Below are positions 21,394 through 31,399 of a stretch of DNA of 57,038 bases, piece by piece. The first letter of the stretch is position 1. Each line of letters begins with the position of its first letter. Position numbers and translations under genes: made by a program. Origin of the DNA: Candidatus Udaeobacter sp. (GTDB lineage: Bacteria > Eisenbacteria > RBG-16-71-46); the NCBI GenBank assembly GCA_035496475.1, contig DATJEP010000021.1, positions 1 to 57,038 on the forward strand. Reading direction: 5' to 3'. The notes beneath the pieces are model-generated. The model had not been told where the DNA came from. It saw only the letters and a program-made list of their open reading frames with translations, and made no database searches.

Positions 21394-22346
21394 GCCACGC
21401 GGCGACCTCGTCGTCTCGGGAGGCGGCGCGGCGCGCCCGCGCCGTTCCATCGCCGGCGCTCGACCCGTCGCTCGAGGGATTCCTCGATCACCTGCGCACC
21501 GGACGTCGGATGAGCGCGAACACCGTCGATGCGTACGCGCGCGATCTCTCCGACTACCGGACGTTCGCCCTGCGCCACGCGCTGACCGGCTGGAACCAGG
21601 TGACCCCGGCATTCGTCGACGGCTACTTCGCGCTGCTGATGAAGCGCGGGCTGTCGGGCGCCACCGTGGCGCGGCGTCGATCCGCGCTGCGCGGATTCCA
21701 CGCCTGGCTCGAAGCGCGCGGCGATGGCGGCGCGCACGGGCTCGCCGAGCTGCCGCCGCCGCGGCGCGAGCGACGGCTTCCGCACGCGCTCCCGGTCGAC
21801 GAGATCGAGCGGCTGCTGGCGCAGCCCGCGCTCGACCGCCCGCTGGGCCTGCGCGATCGCGCGCTGCTCGAGCTCGCGTACGCCAGCGGCCTGCGCGTGT
21901 CCGAGCTCTGCGGCCTCCGCCGGCATCAGCTCACGATGTCGGATCGCACCGTGACCGTGACCGGCAAGGGCGGGAAGCAGCGCAGCGTGCCGTTCGGGCG
22001 CGCGGCGGAGAGCGCGCTGGAGGAATGGCTGGAACGGGGCCGGCCCATTCTGGCGGCGCGATCCCGCAGCGACACGGTATTCGTCAATCGCCGGGGCACC
22101 GCGCTCTCACGGATGGGATTCTGGAAAATCCTGCGCGGGCACGCGCGCGCCGCCGGCATCGCCTCCCGCGTGCACCCGCACGTGCTGCGTCATTCGTTCG
22201 CGACCCATCTGCTCGAAGGCGGCGCCGATCTTCGCGTGGTGCAGGAGCTGCTCGGCCACGCCTCGGTCTCGACCACCGCCATCTACACGCATCTCGATCG
22301 CGGCTACCTGCGCGAGGTCCATCGCAGCTTTCACCCCCGAGCCTGA
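21390..22346 (+). CDS. xerD: tyrosine recombinase XerD
   Basis: FLDHLRTGRRMSANTVDAYARDLSDY...LRVSELCGL...HVLRHSFATHLLEGGADLRVVQELLGHASVSTTAIYTHL. Overlaps the uvrC stop. Confidence 0.85.
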   Translation: MSHAATSSSREAARRARAVPSPALDPSLEGFLDHLRTGRRMSANTVDAYARDLSDYRTFALRHALTGWNQVTPAFVDGYFALLMKRGLSGATVARRRSALRGFHAWLEARGDGGAHGLAELPPPRRERRLPHALPVDEIERLLAQPALDRPLGLRDRALLELAYASGLRVSELCGLRRHQLTMSDRTVTVTGKGGKQRSVPFGRAAESALEEWLERGRPILAARSRSDTVFVNRRGTALSRMGFWKILRGHARAAGIASRVHPHVLRHSFATHLLEGGADLRVVQELLGHASVSTTAIYTHLDRGYLREVHRSFHPRA

Positions 22347-22378
22347 GGTTCGTCCCGACCGGAGAACGAGGAGAAGGC

Positions 22379-22984
22379 ATGAGGAGTCGAAACGTCTGGT
22401 GGTGCCTGACGGTGATGGCGATCGCGGCCGTGGAGGCGCGTTCCGCGGCGGCCGCGCTGCCGCTGGTGCTGCCGCGCCCCGGCCAGATCGGATTCTCGCT
22501 GCAGGGTCAGGTCAGCGACTTCGTGAAGACCGGACTTCTCGGTAAGGAGTTCGGTAGCGGAGGCGGGATCGCGGTTCGGGTGCGCTATCGGATGCGTTAC
22601 GAGCGCGCGCTCGGGCTCTCGTTCGAGGCGGTGAACCTCGACGCGCGCGCTCCGGCCGACTCGTCCACCGCCCGCACGCGGCTCAACATGCTGCTGTCGG
22701 GGGCGGACGTCTACCAGATGTTCAACACCGATTCGCGCACGCAGGGGATGATCAACCTGAGCGCCGGGCTCGCCCAGGTTCACTATTCCCTGCGCGACGG
22801 CGAGACCGAATATCCGAACGAGGGCGACGGCGTCTACGTCGCGGCCGGCGGCGGCGTGGAGCGCTTCTTCTATCGCAGCCTGGCGTTCGATCTCAGCGCC
22901 CGCTATCTGGCGGTCGTCCATGGCGGCAAGACCAACCACGGCCTGAACGCTTCGGCCGGTCTGATCTTCTACGCGAGCTACTGA
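22379..22984 (+). CDS. small outer-membrane beta-barrel protein
   Basis: Signal peptide, alternating beta-strand pattern, and an aromatic C-terminus (GLIFYASY). Confidence 0.55.
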   Translation: MRSRNVWWCLTVMAIAAVEARSAAAALPLVLPRPGQIGFSLQGQVSDFVKTGLLGKEFGSGGGIAVRVRYRMRYERALGLSFEAVNLDARAPADSSTARTRLNMLLSGADVYQMFNTDSRTQGMINLSAGLAQVHYSLRDGETEYPNEGDGVYVAAGGGVERFFYRSLAFDLSARYLAVVHGGKTNHGLNASAGLIFYASY

Positions 22985-23030
22985 TCATGCGTCGCGTCCC
23001 GCACCACGCCGCCCGACCGGAGGCTCCGCG

Positions 23031-24998
23031 ATGGAGATGACGGCGACGCGCTACCAGATCGGGCAGCGGCTCCGCCATCCGCATTTCGGCGAGGGTCTGG
23101 TGGTCGAGGTCCACACCGATCGCGGACGTGAAGTGCTCGAGGTGGTGTTCGACGGGGAGCTGCGCCGGCTCTCGGCGCAGCGCGACTGGGAGGTGGTCGA
23201 AGGCAGCGCGCCGCTCCTGCCCGAGCCGACCGGGGGAGACTCGCTCCCGCCGCCGCCCGGCGCGCTCACGCGCCACTGGCATCCTCAGGGCGACGCGCTG
23301 CTCCGGAAGTGGCGCGGGGGAGAGGCCGGATCGTCGGTGCACTTCGACCTTCGCTCATCGGCGGAGCGCTGGGCGGGATGGGCCGGCACCGACCACCTGA
23401 TCTCGCTCGACTCGCTGCGCGGCGTGGAGCGATTCCCGCACCAGATCCGCGCATGCCTCAAGGTCATGCGTGACCTCAACGGCCGCGGCATCCTGGCCGA
23501 CGAGGTCGGACTGGGCAAGACCATCGAGGCCGGAATCGTGGTCAAGGAGTATCTGCTGCGCGGCGCGGTGCGCACGGTGCTGGTGCTGGTGCCGGCGTCG
23601 CTGTGTGAGCAGTGGCGGGCCGAGTTGTGGGAGAAGTTCGAGCTCGACTTCGTCGTGTCGCGCGGGCCGGCCGGTCAATGGGGCCGTCATCCGCTCGTCA
23701 TCTCGTCGCTCGAGACCGCGCGTCACGAGCGTCATCGCCGCCGCGTGCGCGGCGCGAACTACGATCTGGTGGTGGTGGACGAGGCCCATCGCCTGCGCAA
23801 TCACCTGACGCTGGGGTGGAAGTTCATCAACGACCTCAATCCCCGCTACCTGCTGCTCCTGACCGCGACGCCGGTGCAGAACGACATGCGCGAGCTCTAC
23901 AACCTGGCCACGCTGGTGCGTCCGGGCACGGTTGGCACGTTCTCGCAGTTCCGGCGAGACTTCCTGAGCGGCCACGACAAACGGACGCCGCGCAACACGC
24001 CGCGGCTGCGCGGGCTGCTGGAGTCGGTGATGATCCGCACACGACGCGTCGACACCGACCTCACGTTCGCGCCGCGCAAGGTCGAGACGCTTTGGGTCGG
24101 CCAGACTCCGCCGGAGCGGAAGCTCTACCGAGACGTCAGCGACTTCGTGGCCGAGTCGGTCGCCGCCGACATCGGGCAGCCCGGCCGGCCGCACTACTTC
24201 ACGCTGATCGTCCTGCAGAAGGAGATGGGCTCGTCGTGGAACGCGGCGCGGGCCACGCTGGAAAAACTGGCCCGCCATCCCGATGGGCTGGACCAGAAGA
24301 AGCTGCGCGCGCTCGGCGCCCGCGCCGCCGAGGCCAGCCAGAGTCCGAGCAAGGTACGCTCGCTGCTGCGCTGCATCGGCTCGCTGGGTGGCGAGAAGTG
24401 CATCGTCTTCACCCAGTTCCGCTCGACCCAGGATGCGATCGTCGGCGCGCTGCGGGCGATCGGCACCGAGCCCGCGGTGTTCCATGGCGAGCTCGGCTGG
24501 CGCGAGAAGGAAGAGGCGCTCGAGACGTTCCGCACCACCGCGCCGGTGCTGGTCAGCACCGAGGCCGGAGGAGAGGGGCGCAACCTCCAGTTCTGCCGCA
24601 TCGTCATCAACTACGACCTGCCGTGGAATCCCATGCGCCTCGAGCAGCGCATCGGCCGCGTGCACCGGCTCGGCCAGGAGCATCCGGTGCGGGTGATCAA
24701 CCTCGCCGCGCGCGGAACCATCGAGGCCTACGTGCTCGAGATCCTCGATCGCAAGATCCGCATGTTCGAGCTGGTGGTCGGCGAGATGGAAGAGATCCTC
24801 GGCACCTGGCAGCCCCACGCATCGTTCGAGGACGAAGTGTTCCGTCGCTGGACCGAGTCCACCAATCCGCGCGCGCGCAAGCGCCGCTTCGCCGAGCTGG
24901 CCCAGCAGCTCGGACTGGCGCGGCGCATGTACCAGGAACAGAAGGACCGGCAGCAGTGGCTGTTCCCGGCCCCGCGCGAAGAGGAGAGCGGATCATGA
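23031..24998 (+). CDS. SNF2-family (RapA/HepA-like) helicase/translocase with Tudor-like N-domain
   Basis: Motif I ILADEVGLGKTIEAG, motif II VVVDEAHRLRN, and C-terminal helicase motifs (LVSTEAGGEGRNLQ, QRIGRVHRLGQ). The N-terminal YQIGQRLRHPHFGEGLVVEV... resembles the UvrD/PcrA-type Tudor fold. Confidence 0.9.
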   Translation: MEMTATRYQIGQRLRHPHFGEGLVVEVHTDRGREVLEVVFDGELRRLSAQRDWEVVEGSAPLLPEPTGGDSLPPPPGALTRHWHPQGDALLRKWRGGEAGSSVHFDLRSSAERWAGWAGTDHLISLDSLRGVERFPHQIRACLKVMRDLNGRGILADEVGLGKTIEAGIVVKEYLLRGAVRTVLVLVPASLCEQWRAELWEKFELDFVVSRGPAGQWGRHPLVISSLETARHERHRRRVRGANYDLVVVDEAHRLRNHLTLGWKFINDLNPRYLLLLTATPVQNDMRELYNLATLVRPGTVGTFSQFRRDFLSGHDKRTPRNTPRLRGLLESVMIRTRRVDTDLTFAPRKVETLWVGQTPPERKLYRDVSDFVAESVAADIGQPGRPHYFTLIVLQKEMGSSWNAARATLEKLARHPDGLDQKKLRALGARAAEASQSPSKVRSLLRCIGSLGGEKCIVFTQFRSTQDAIVGALRAIGTEPAVFHGELGWREKEEALETFRTTAPVLVSTEAGGEGRNLQFCRIVINYDLPWNPMRLEQRIGRVHRLGQEHPVRVINLAARGTIEAYVLEILDRKIRMFELVVGEMEEILGTWQPHASFEDEVFRRWTESTNPRARKRRFAELAQQLGLARRMYQEQKDRQQWLFPAPREEESGS

Positions 24999-26122
24999 GC
25001 GTCGCTCCCGCGATTCGGCCCCGTGGACGCGCCGCGCGCAGGAACGGCGCGGTGGTGATGCCGCAGGCGCCGGCCTCCGCGCTGCCCGCTCTGCCTCCGG
25101 AGTGGCGGACCTTCGTCGGTCACTGGCTCGAATCCACCGGATGCGTGATTCGCGACGCCGCGCGCGGGGACTGGGAGGTCGAGCTGTCGCCGGCCCTGCG
25201 GCGGCGGTGGCGTCGGCAGCGGGTGCGGCTGGTGTTCGATCCGCTGCGGCCGACGCTGCCGCGCGGCGCGTGGTTCACGGCGCCGGGCAGCGGCGCCGGA
25301 CGGCGCATCCTCGACGCGGCGCTCGAGGATCCGATGGTGACGCGGCGCACCGCGCTGGCGCAGGTTCCGGGCGCGCCGGATGACGGCATCGCTTCGGTGT
25401 GCAAGGTGCGCGGCCTGACCTGGGGACCGCCGCGACTCGGTCCGGTTCGTTACGAGCGGCGTATGGCGTTCCATGCAGTGGTCACGCGTTGGGGCGGTCT
25501 GCCGCTTCAGGAGTCGTGGGTGGTGCTGATCGGAAACGACGGACACATTCTCGAGAGCGTTCAGGGCCTCACGCTTCCCGACGTTCGCCCGCGCGAGGGG
25601 CTCTACCAGATCACCGACGAGCTGGCCGAGCCGGAGCGCGAGCGCTGGATGACCTGGGCGCGCGAGGCGCACGAGAGTCTGTTGGCCGAGCGCGAGCGGG
25701 AATGGGAGCGGAGCATCGCCCGGCTGCGCGACGACGAGCTCGAGCGCCTGGGCGCGTTCTTCTCGGCGCGGATCGAAGAGGAGGAGGAGCGGCTGCGCCG
25801 TCGCGCGTCGCATCCCGAGGATCCGGAGATGTCGCACGGTGACGCCACCTCGCTGAAGCTCGAGTGGGAGCGCCGGGCCGCCGAGGTTCGCCATCGCTGG
25901 GCGATCCGCACCGAGGTGCGGCTGTGGGGTCTCGAGGAATGGTCGTGGCCGGTGGCGGAGATCGAGCAGGAGGTGCGCGCCGGCGCGGTTCACGTCCGGC
26001 TGACCAGCGAGGTCGACGTGGCGCGCGGCCGGCCGGCGCTTCCCGCCTGCCCGACCTGCGGCACGGCGGCCGAGATGCTGGTGCGCTCCCGGGGCATCGT
26101 GGTGTGCGCGCGTTGCGCTTGA
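24995..26122 (+). CDS. YqhG-like partner protein of the SNF2 helicase (function unknown)
   Basis: ATGA-coupled to the helicase. The N-region FVGHWLESTGCVIRD..WEVELSP matches my recollection of the B. subtilis YqhG pattern. Charged coiled-coil middle and a C-terminal CPTCG...CARC pair. Alternative start 21 codons downstream. Confidence 0.5.
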   Translation: MSVAPAIRPRGRAARRNGAVVMPQAPASALPALPPEWRTFVGHWLESTGCVIRDAARGDWEVELSPALRRRWRRQRVRLVFDPLRPTLPRGAWFTAPGSGAGRRILDAALEDPMVTRRTALAQVPGAPDDGIASVCKVRGLTWGPPRLGPVRYERRMAFHAVVTRWGGLPLQESWVVLIGNDGHILESVQGLTLPDVRPREGLYQITDELAEPERERWMTWAREAHESLLAEREREWERSIARLRDDELERLGAFFSARIEEEEERLRRRASHPEDPEMSHGDATSLKLEWERRAAEVRHRWAIRTEVRLWGLEEWSWPVAEIEQEVRAGAVHVRLTSEVDVARGRPALPACPTCGTAAEMLVRSRGIVVCARCA

Positions 26123-26214
26123 CGCCCCGAACCCGAGCCGTTAAGGTGCACCGCGCTCGCGCCCCACGACCCCACGAAATCACATGATATGAATCGAATA
26201 ACCGGAGGCATCAC

Positions 26215-26874
26215 TTGAGTTTGGAGTCTCGCAGAGCACACCTTTCCGATCCCAGCGCGGAATGGCTCGGCAACCTGACGTCGTTCTGGGACCGCAACCA
26301 GCGCGTGGTTCTCGGCAGTGCCGCGGTGCTGCTCGTCGTCGCCGCCGGAACGTTCTTCACCATGCGCTCGCGCGCCACGCAGGAGGAGGCGGCGTCCGGA
26401 CGACTGGCCGAGGCCGATCTTCTGTTCTGGCAGGGCGACTATCCGCGCGCCCAGCAGGTCGCGAAAGAGGTGGCGCAGCAGTACGGCTCGACCCCGAGCG
26501 GCCTCGACGCGCATCGGCTGACCGGCGATGCGGCGTACTGGGCCGGCGATTTCAAGACCGCCGCCGAGGAGTACCAGACCTACCTCGCCCGCCAGAAGAA
26601 CGGCGTGCTCGGGAACGCGGCGAAGCGCAGCCTCGCCTACACCTACGAGAGCGGCGGGCAGCTCGCCAAGGCGGTGCCGCTCTACGATCAGCTGGTCGGC
26701 GTGTTCGATCGTGAGTCCTCGGCCGAGTTCCTGATGGCGGGCGCGCGCTGCGAGGCCGGCCTTCACCAGAAGGCCGAAGCGATCAAGCGACTGCAGCGCC
26801 TCGGCGACGAGTTCGGTGACACCTCGCTCGCCGCGCGGGCGCGCGAAATGATCGGCGAGCTCCAGGCGCGCTGA
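26215..26874 (+). CDS. membrane-anchored TPR protein (YfgM-like)
   Basis: One N-terminal TM (VVLGSAAVLLVVAAGTFF) followed by TPR-like helices. GGAGG lies upstream of the TTG start. Confidence 0.55.
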   Translation: MSLESRRAHLSDPSAEWLGNLTSFWDRNQRVVLGSAAVLLVVAAGTFFTMRSRATQEEAASGRLAEADLLFWQGDYPRAQQVAKEVAQQYGSTPSGLDAHRLTGDAAYWAGDFKTAAEEYQTYLARQKNGVLGNAAKRSLAYTYESGGQLAKAVPLYDQLVGVFDRESSAEFLMAGARCEAGLHQKAEAIKRLQRLGDEFGDTSLAARAREMIGELQAR

Positions 26875-26922
26875 CGTCGATCGCGCGCGGGCGGCCGAGC
26901 GGCGGTCCCGGGAGGTTCGGCG

Positions 26923-29019
26923 ATGAGCGCTGAGGCGCCGGTCGACCTCGTTCTCCTCTGGCATCACCACCAGCCCGATTACCGTCTGCCGAAGGGCGGC
27001 GCCGCGGTGCTGCCCTGGGTGCGGCTGCACGCCACCAAGGACTACCTCGACATGGCGCTGCGTCTCGGGCGCCATCCGCGTCTGCGCTCGGTCTTCAATT
27101 TCGTCCCGTCGCTGCTCGATCAGCTCGACGACGCCTCGCGCGGCGGCCGCGATCTCCTGTTCGAGCTGCTCGGGCGCGCGCCTTCCGGTCTCTCGCCCGA
27201 GGAGCGGCTCGAGGTCACGCGGCGCGCGGGCGCCGCCCCGAGCTGGGCGTTCGAGCGCTGGCCTTCCTATCAGACGCTGGCGAGACGCGCGGGCGCGGGA
27301 GAGGAGCTCGACGACGACGAGCTGATCGCGCTCGAATGCGCGTTCCTGCTCGCCTGGCTGGATCCCATGTTCCATGGCGACGCCGAAGCCGCCGCGGCGC
27401 TGGCGGCGATGCCGCGGCCTTCCACCGCGCATCGGGACGGTCTGCTCGAGCTCCACCGGAGGCGCGTCGCCGAAGTGATCCCGGCCTATCGCGATCTCGC
27501 CGGCAAGGGGCAGATCGAGGTCACCACCTCGGCCTACGATCATCCGATCCTGCCGCTGCTGGTCGATTCCCGGCAGGCGCTGCGCGCGCGGCCGGCCACG
27601 GTGATTCCCGATCCTCCGTTCGTGGCGCCGGAAGACGCTGATGCCCAGATCGCGCGCGCCCTCGAGCGCCATGCCGCGGCGTTCGGCGCGAAGCCGGACG
27701 GACTCTGGCCGCCGGAAGGATCGGTCAGCCCCGAGGCGCTGGCGATCGCGGCGCGGCGCGGCGTGCGATGGGTGGCGACCGACGAGGCGGTGTTGTGGAG
27801 GACGCTCGGCGCGAACGTGCGCGGTCGCGAGTCGCTCTACCGTCCGTGGAAGCTCGGGACCGAGGCGGGAGAGATCGGCATTCTCTTCCGCGATCACGAG
27901 CTGTCGGACCGGATCGGCTTCGTCTATCAGCGGTGGAACGCGCGCGAGGCGGCCGAGGATCTGCTGTCGCGCATCACCCAGATCGGGCGCGATCATGCCG
28001 GCGCTTCGCCGCCGCTGGTCTCACTGATCCTCGACGGCGAGAATTGCTGGGAGCATTACGCCGACGATGGCGGACCATTTCTCGACACCTTCTTCGACCT
28101 GCTCGATCAGGCGCCGCACGTGCGCACGCGTCTGCCGCGCGACGTCTTCTCCGCCGGCGAGGCGCAGCCGCTGCCCGGCCTGCACACCGGCTCGTGGATC
28201 GACGCCGACTTTCACATCTGGATCGGCCACCCCGAGAAGAATCGCGCCTGGGAACTACTCGGGCGCGCACGCCGTGCGCTGATCGACGCCGGTCATGCGC
28301 CCGAGCGCGGTGGACCGGCGTGGGAATCCCTTCACGCCGCCGAGGGCTCGGACTGGTTCTGGTGGTTCGGCGATGACCATGCCACGCTCGATCGCGCGCT
28401 GTTCGACCGCCTGTTCCGCGAGCACGTGATCGCCGTCTATGAGCGTGCCGGGCTCGAGGCGCCGGGCGCGCTGCACATTCCGATCAGCGGAGCCGCGCGC
28501 GGCGCCGACGCGGCCCTGCCGATCGGACCCCTGAGCCCGGTGATCGACGGACACCAGACCAGCTTCTACGAATGGCACGAGGCCGGCGTGCTGACGCCCC
28601 CGGCCGGCGGCTCGATGCACCGCGCCGAACGAAGGCTCACGCGACTCCACTACGGGCTCGATTCGGACTCGCTGTTCCTGCGCCTCGATCCTGCCGGACC
28701 CATCCCCGACGTGATCGAGATCGAGTTCCTCGCGCCTCGGGCGCTGCGGATTCGCGTGTCGGCGCTGAACGCGGCGCCCCGGATCGAGCGGATCGAAGAC
28801 TCGGAGCGCGAGCCGCTGGCCGGCGCGCATGCCGCGGCAGGACGCCTGATCGAGATCGCCCTGCCGCGCGCGCCGCTCGGCCTCGAGGGCGGTACGACGA
28901 TCGCCCTGATCGTGCATGTCATCGAGGACGATCGACCGGTCGAGAGCCTGCCCGAGGACGACGCCCTGAGATTCATCGCGCCGGGCAAGGACTTCGCCGC
29001 CGAGATGTGGAACGCCTGA
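26923..29019 (+). CDS. glycoside hydrolase family 57 protein (alpha-amylase / 4-alpha-glucanotransferase type)
   Basis: N-terminal LWHHHQPDY ... LPWVRLHATKDYLDM, ...ILDGENCWEHY, and HTGSWIDADFHIWIGH, characteristic of GH57 with a C-terminal extension. Confidence 0.85.
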   Translation: MSAEAPVDLVLLWHHHQPDYRLPKGGAAVLPWVRLHATKDYLDMALRLGRHPRLRSVFNFVPSLLDQLDDASRGGRDLLFELLGRAPSGLSPEERLEVTRRAGAAPSWAFERWPSYQTLARRAGAGEELDDDELIALECAFLLAWLDPMFHGDAEAAAALAAMPRPSTAHRDGLLELHRRRVAEVIPAYRDLAGKGQIEVTTSAYDHPILPLLVDSRQALRARPATVIPDPPFVAPEDADAQIARALERHAAAFGAKPDGLWPPEGSVSPEALAIAARRGVRWVATDEAVLWRTLGANVRGRESLYRPWKLGTEAGEIGILFRDHELSDRIGFVYQRWNAREAAEDLLSRITQIGRDHAGASPPLVSLILDGENCWEHYADDGGPFLDTFFDLLDQAPHVRTRLPRDVFSAGEAQPLPGLHTGSWIDADFHIWIGHPEKNRAWELLGRARRALIDAGHAPERGGPAWESLHAAEGSDWFWWFGDDHATLDRALFDRLFREHVIAVYERAGLEAPGALHIPISGAARGADAALPIGPLSPVIDGHQTSFYEWHEAGVLTPPAGGSMHRAERRLTRLHYGLDSDSLFLRLDPAGPIPDVIEIEFLAPRALRIRVSALNAAPRIERIEDSEREPLAGAHAAAGRLIEIALPRAPLGLEGGTTIALIVHVIEDDRPVESLPEDDALRFIAPGKDFAAEMWNA

Positions 29020-29031
29020 GCTTCGCGCCGC

Positions 29032-30423
29032 TCAGGTCTTCTCGATCCACACCGTCTTCAGGTTCACGAACTCGCGAGCGCCTTCGCGGCCGAGCTCACG
29101 GCCCCATCCCGAGCTCTTGATCCCGCCGAATGGAATCCTGGGATCGGAGCGCACCATGCCGGTGACGAAGACCGCGCCGGCCTCGATCCGGGCGGCGAGT
29201 CGTTCCCCGCGCGCCGGATCCGAAGTCCACAGGCTGGCGCCCAGACCGAACCGCGACTGATTCGCGAGGCCGATGGCCTCGCCCTCGTCGCGGGCGCGGA
29301 TCACCGCCGCGACCGGACCGAAGGTCTCCTCATCGAACGCCGTCATGCCCGGACGCGCGTCGGTCAGAACGGTTGGCGCGTAGTACCAGCCGCGACGCTC
29401 GAGCGGCGCGCCGCCCAGCGCCAGCCTCGCGCCCTGCTCGAGCGACCTCGCCACCTGGGCGTGGAGCGAGTCCAGAAGATCGGCGCGCGCCAGCGGGCCG
29501 ACCTCGGTCGCGTGGTCGCGCGGGTCTCCGACGCGCAGGGAGCGCATGCGCTCGACCAGGGCCCGTTCGAACGAGGAGGCGACGCGATCGAGAACGATGA
29601 ATCGCTTGGCGGCGATGCAGCTCTGACCCGAGTTCTGCACGCGCGCCGCGGCGGCCCGCGCCGCGGTGGCGACGGGGTCGACGTCGTCGATCACGATGAA
29701 GGGATCCGAGCCGCCGAGCTCGAGCACGCACTTCTTGAGCGCGCGGCCGGCGGTGGCGGCGACCTCGCGGCCGGCCGCCTCGCTGCCGGTCAGCGAGATG
29801 GCGGCGATGCGCGGGTCCTCGATCAGCGGAGCCACCGCGCCCGATGGGGCGAGCAGCGTGGTGACGAGTCCCTTCGGCTCCTCCGGCTCGAACAGCGCCT
29901 CGATCGCCAGAGCGCAGCCGGGAACGTTGGAGGCGTGCTTCAAGACGATCGTATTGCCGGCCATCAGCGCCGGAGCGGCGCAGCGGAACAGCTGCCACAG
30001 CGGAAAATTCCACGGCATGATCGCCAGCACGACGCCGAGCGGCTCGCAGCGGGTGAAGCTTCTCGCGGCGTCGGTCGCGACCGGATCGTCCGCGAGATAG
30101 CTCGCGGCGTGATCGGCGAAGTGCTCACAGGCCCAGGCGCACTTCTCGACCTCGGCCTCGGCCTGGGTGATCGGCTTTCCCATCTCGGACGTGATCCCGG
30201 CCGCGAGCGCGTCGCGCCGCTCGCGCATCCGCCGCGCCACGCTTCGCAGCGTCTCGGAGCGGGCCGTGATCGACAGCGAACCCCAGCGCTCAAATGCGAG
30301 ACGCGCGCGATCGATCCGCCGCGAAAGCTCGCCGGCGTCGTGCGCCGCGAATTCCGCCCGAGTCTCGCCGGTCGAAGGATCGATCGAAACCATCGATCCG
30401 GTCTGGGAGGGAGGCGCCTTCAT
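29032..30423 (-). CDS. NAD(P)-dependent aldehyde dehydrogenase (succinate-semialdehyde dehydrogenase-like)
   Basis: PWNFPLWQ, LKHASNVPG, and VLELGGSDPFIV with the catalytic-Cys context NSGQSCIAAKRF. Alternative start at 30393 (MVSIDPSTGE). Confidence 0.88.
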   Translation of the reverse strand: MKAPPSQTGSMVSIDPSTGETRAEFAAHDAGELSRRIDRARLAFERWGSLSITARSETLRSVARRMRERRDALAAGITSEMGKPITQAEAEVEKCAWACEHFADHAASYLADDPVATDAARSFTRCEPLGVVLAIMPWNFPLWQLFRCAAPALMAGNTIVLKHASNVPGCALAIEALFEPEEPKGLVTTLLAPSGAVAPLIEDPRIAAISLTGSEAAGREVAATAGRALKKCVLELGGSDPFIVIDDVDPVATAARAAAARVQNSGQSCIAAKRFIVLDRVASSFERALVERMRSLRVGDPRDHATEVGPLARADLLDSLHAQVARSLEQGARLALGGAPLERRGWYYAPTVLTDARPGMTAFDEETFGPVAAVIRARDEGEAIGLANQSRFGLGASLWTSDPARGERLAARIEAGAVFVTGMVRSDPRIPFGGIKSSGWGRELGREGAREFVNLKTVWIEKT

Positions 30424-30457
30424 GGAGCCGAGGGTATACCTCGGGCCGCGGCCGATG

Positions 30458-31399
30458 TCAGCCGATCGTGAGCTCGAGCTGCTCCGGCTCCTCGGGCGGA
30501 TGGAGCTTCACCGTCCGTCGATCGGCGATGCCTTCCTGCCGGCGCAGCTCGGCGACCCGAAGACGCAGCGGCTCGGTCTCGCGGGCGGGCAGATAGGCGC
30601 GCCCGGCATAGAGTTTCTCGTAACGCTCGCGCTCCTCGGGCCAGTCGCGCTCGAGATGATCGAGAAAATGTTCGCGCGTTCCGGGACGCAGGTAGAGCAG
30701 GTGCGCTCCGATTCCGGTGGCGCCCGCCGCGCGCGCCGCGCGGATCACGGCCGCCAGCTGATCGGGGCGGTCCGAGAGGCCGGGCAGGATCGGCGCCATC
30801 AGGACACGGGCGTGGATTCCGGCCGCCACCAGCCGGCTCAGCGCCTTGAGCCGCGCCTCAGGACGCGGTGTTCCGGGCTCGGTCGTGCGCCACACGTGCT
30901 CATCCAGCGTCGGGACCGAGAAACACACCGAGACCTCGGCGCGCGTGGCCGCTCGCGTCAGAACGTCGAGGTCGCGAACGATCAGGGGCCCGCGCGTGAT
31001 GATGCTGAACGGGGTGCGTCCATCGCCGAGCGCCTCGATGCAGGCCCGGGTCAGCCGGAAGCGGCCTTCGGCCGGCTGATAGGGATCGGTCGCGGCGCCG
31101 ATCGCCACGCCTTCGCGCATCCACGAGGGACGCGAGAGCTCGAAGCGAAGAACGTCCGCGATGTTGGTCTTGACGCGCACGACCTCGCCGTAGCGGTCGT
31201 CGGACGGACGGTCGGCGCGCCGCTCGAACGCCCGCACGTAACAGAACGTGCAGCGATGGCCGCAGCCCATGTACGGGTTCAGGGACCACTTGAAGGGCAT
31301 CCCGCTGACCCGGTTGAGGGCGCTGCGGCAGGGCTCGAGGCGGTAGGCACTGCGCATATGTGCAGTATAGCGCAGCCCGCAAGGGTTCGCGTGATCCAT
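30458..31399 (-). CDS. radical SAM protein (SplB / DNA-repair-photolyase-like, COG1533 type)
   Basis: LNPYMGCGHRCTFCYV CxxxCxxC cluster motif, about 310 aa. Confidence 0.8.
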   Translation of the reverse strand: MDHANPCGLRYTAHMRSAYRLEPCRSALNRVSGMPFKWSLNPYMGCGHRCTFCYVRAFERRADRPSDDRYGEVVRVKTNIADVLRFELSRPSWMREGVAIGAATDPYQPAEGRFRLTRACIEALGDGRTPFSIITRGPLIVRDLDVLTRAATRAEVSVCFSVPTLDEHVWRTTEPGTPRPEARLKALSRLVAAGIHARVLMAPILPGLSDRPDQLAAVIRAARAAGATGIGAHLLYLRPGTREHFLDHLERDWPEERERYEKLYAGRAYLPARETEPLRLRVAELRRQEGIADRRTVKLHPPEEPEQLELTIG

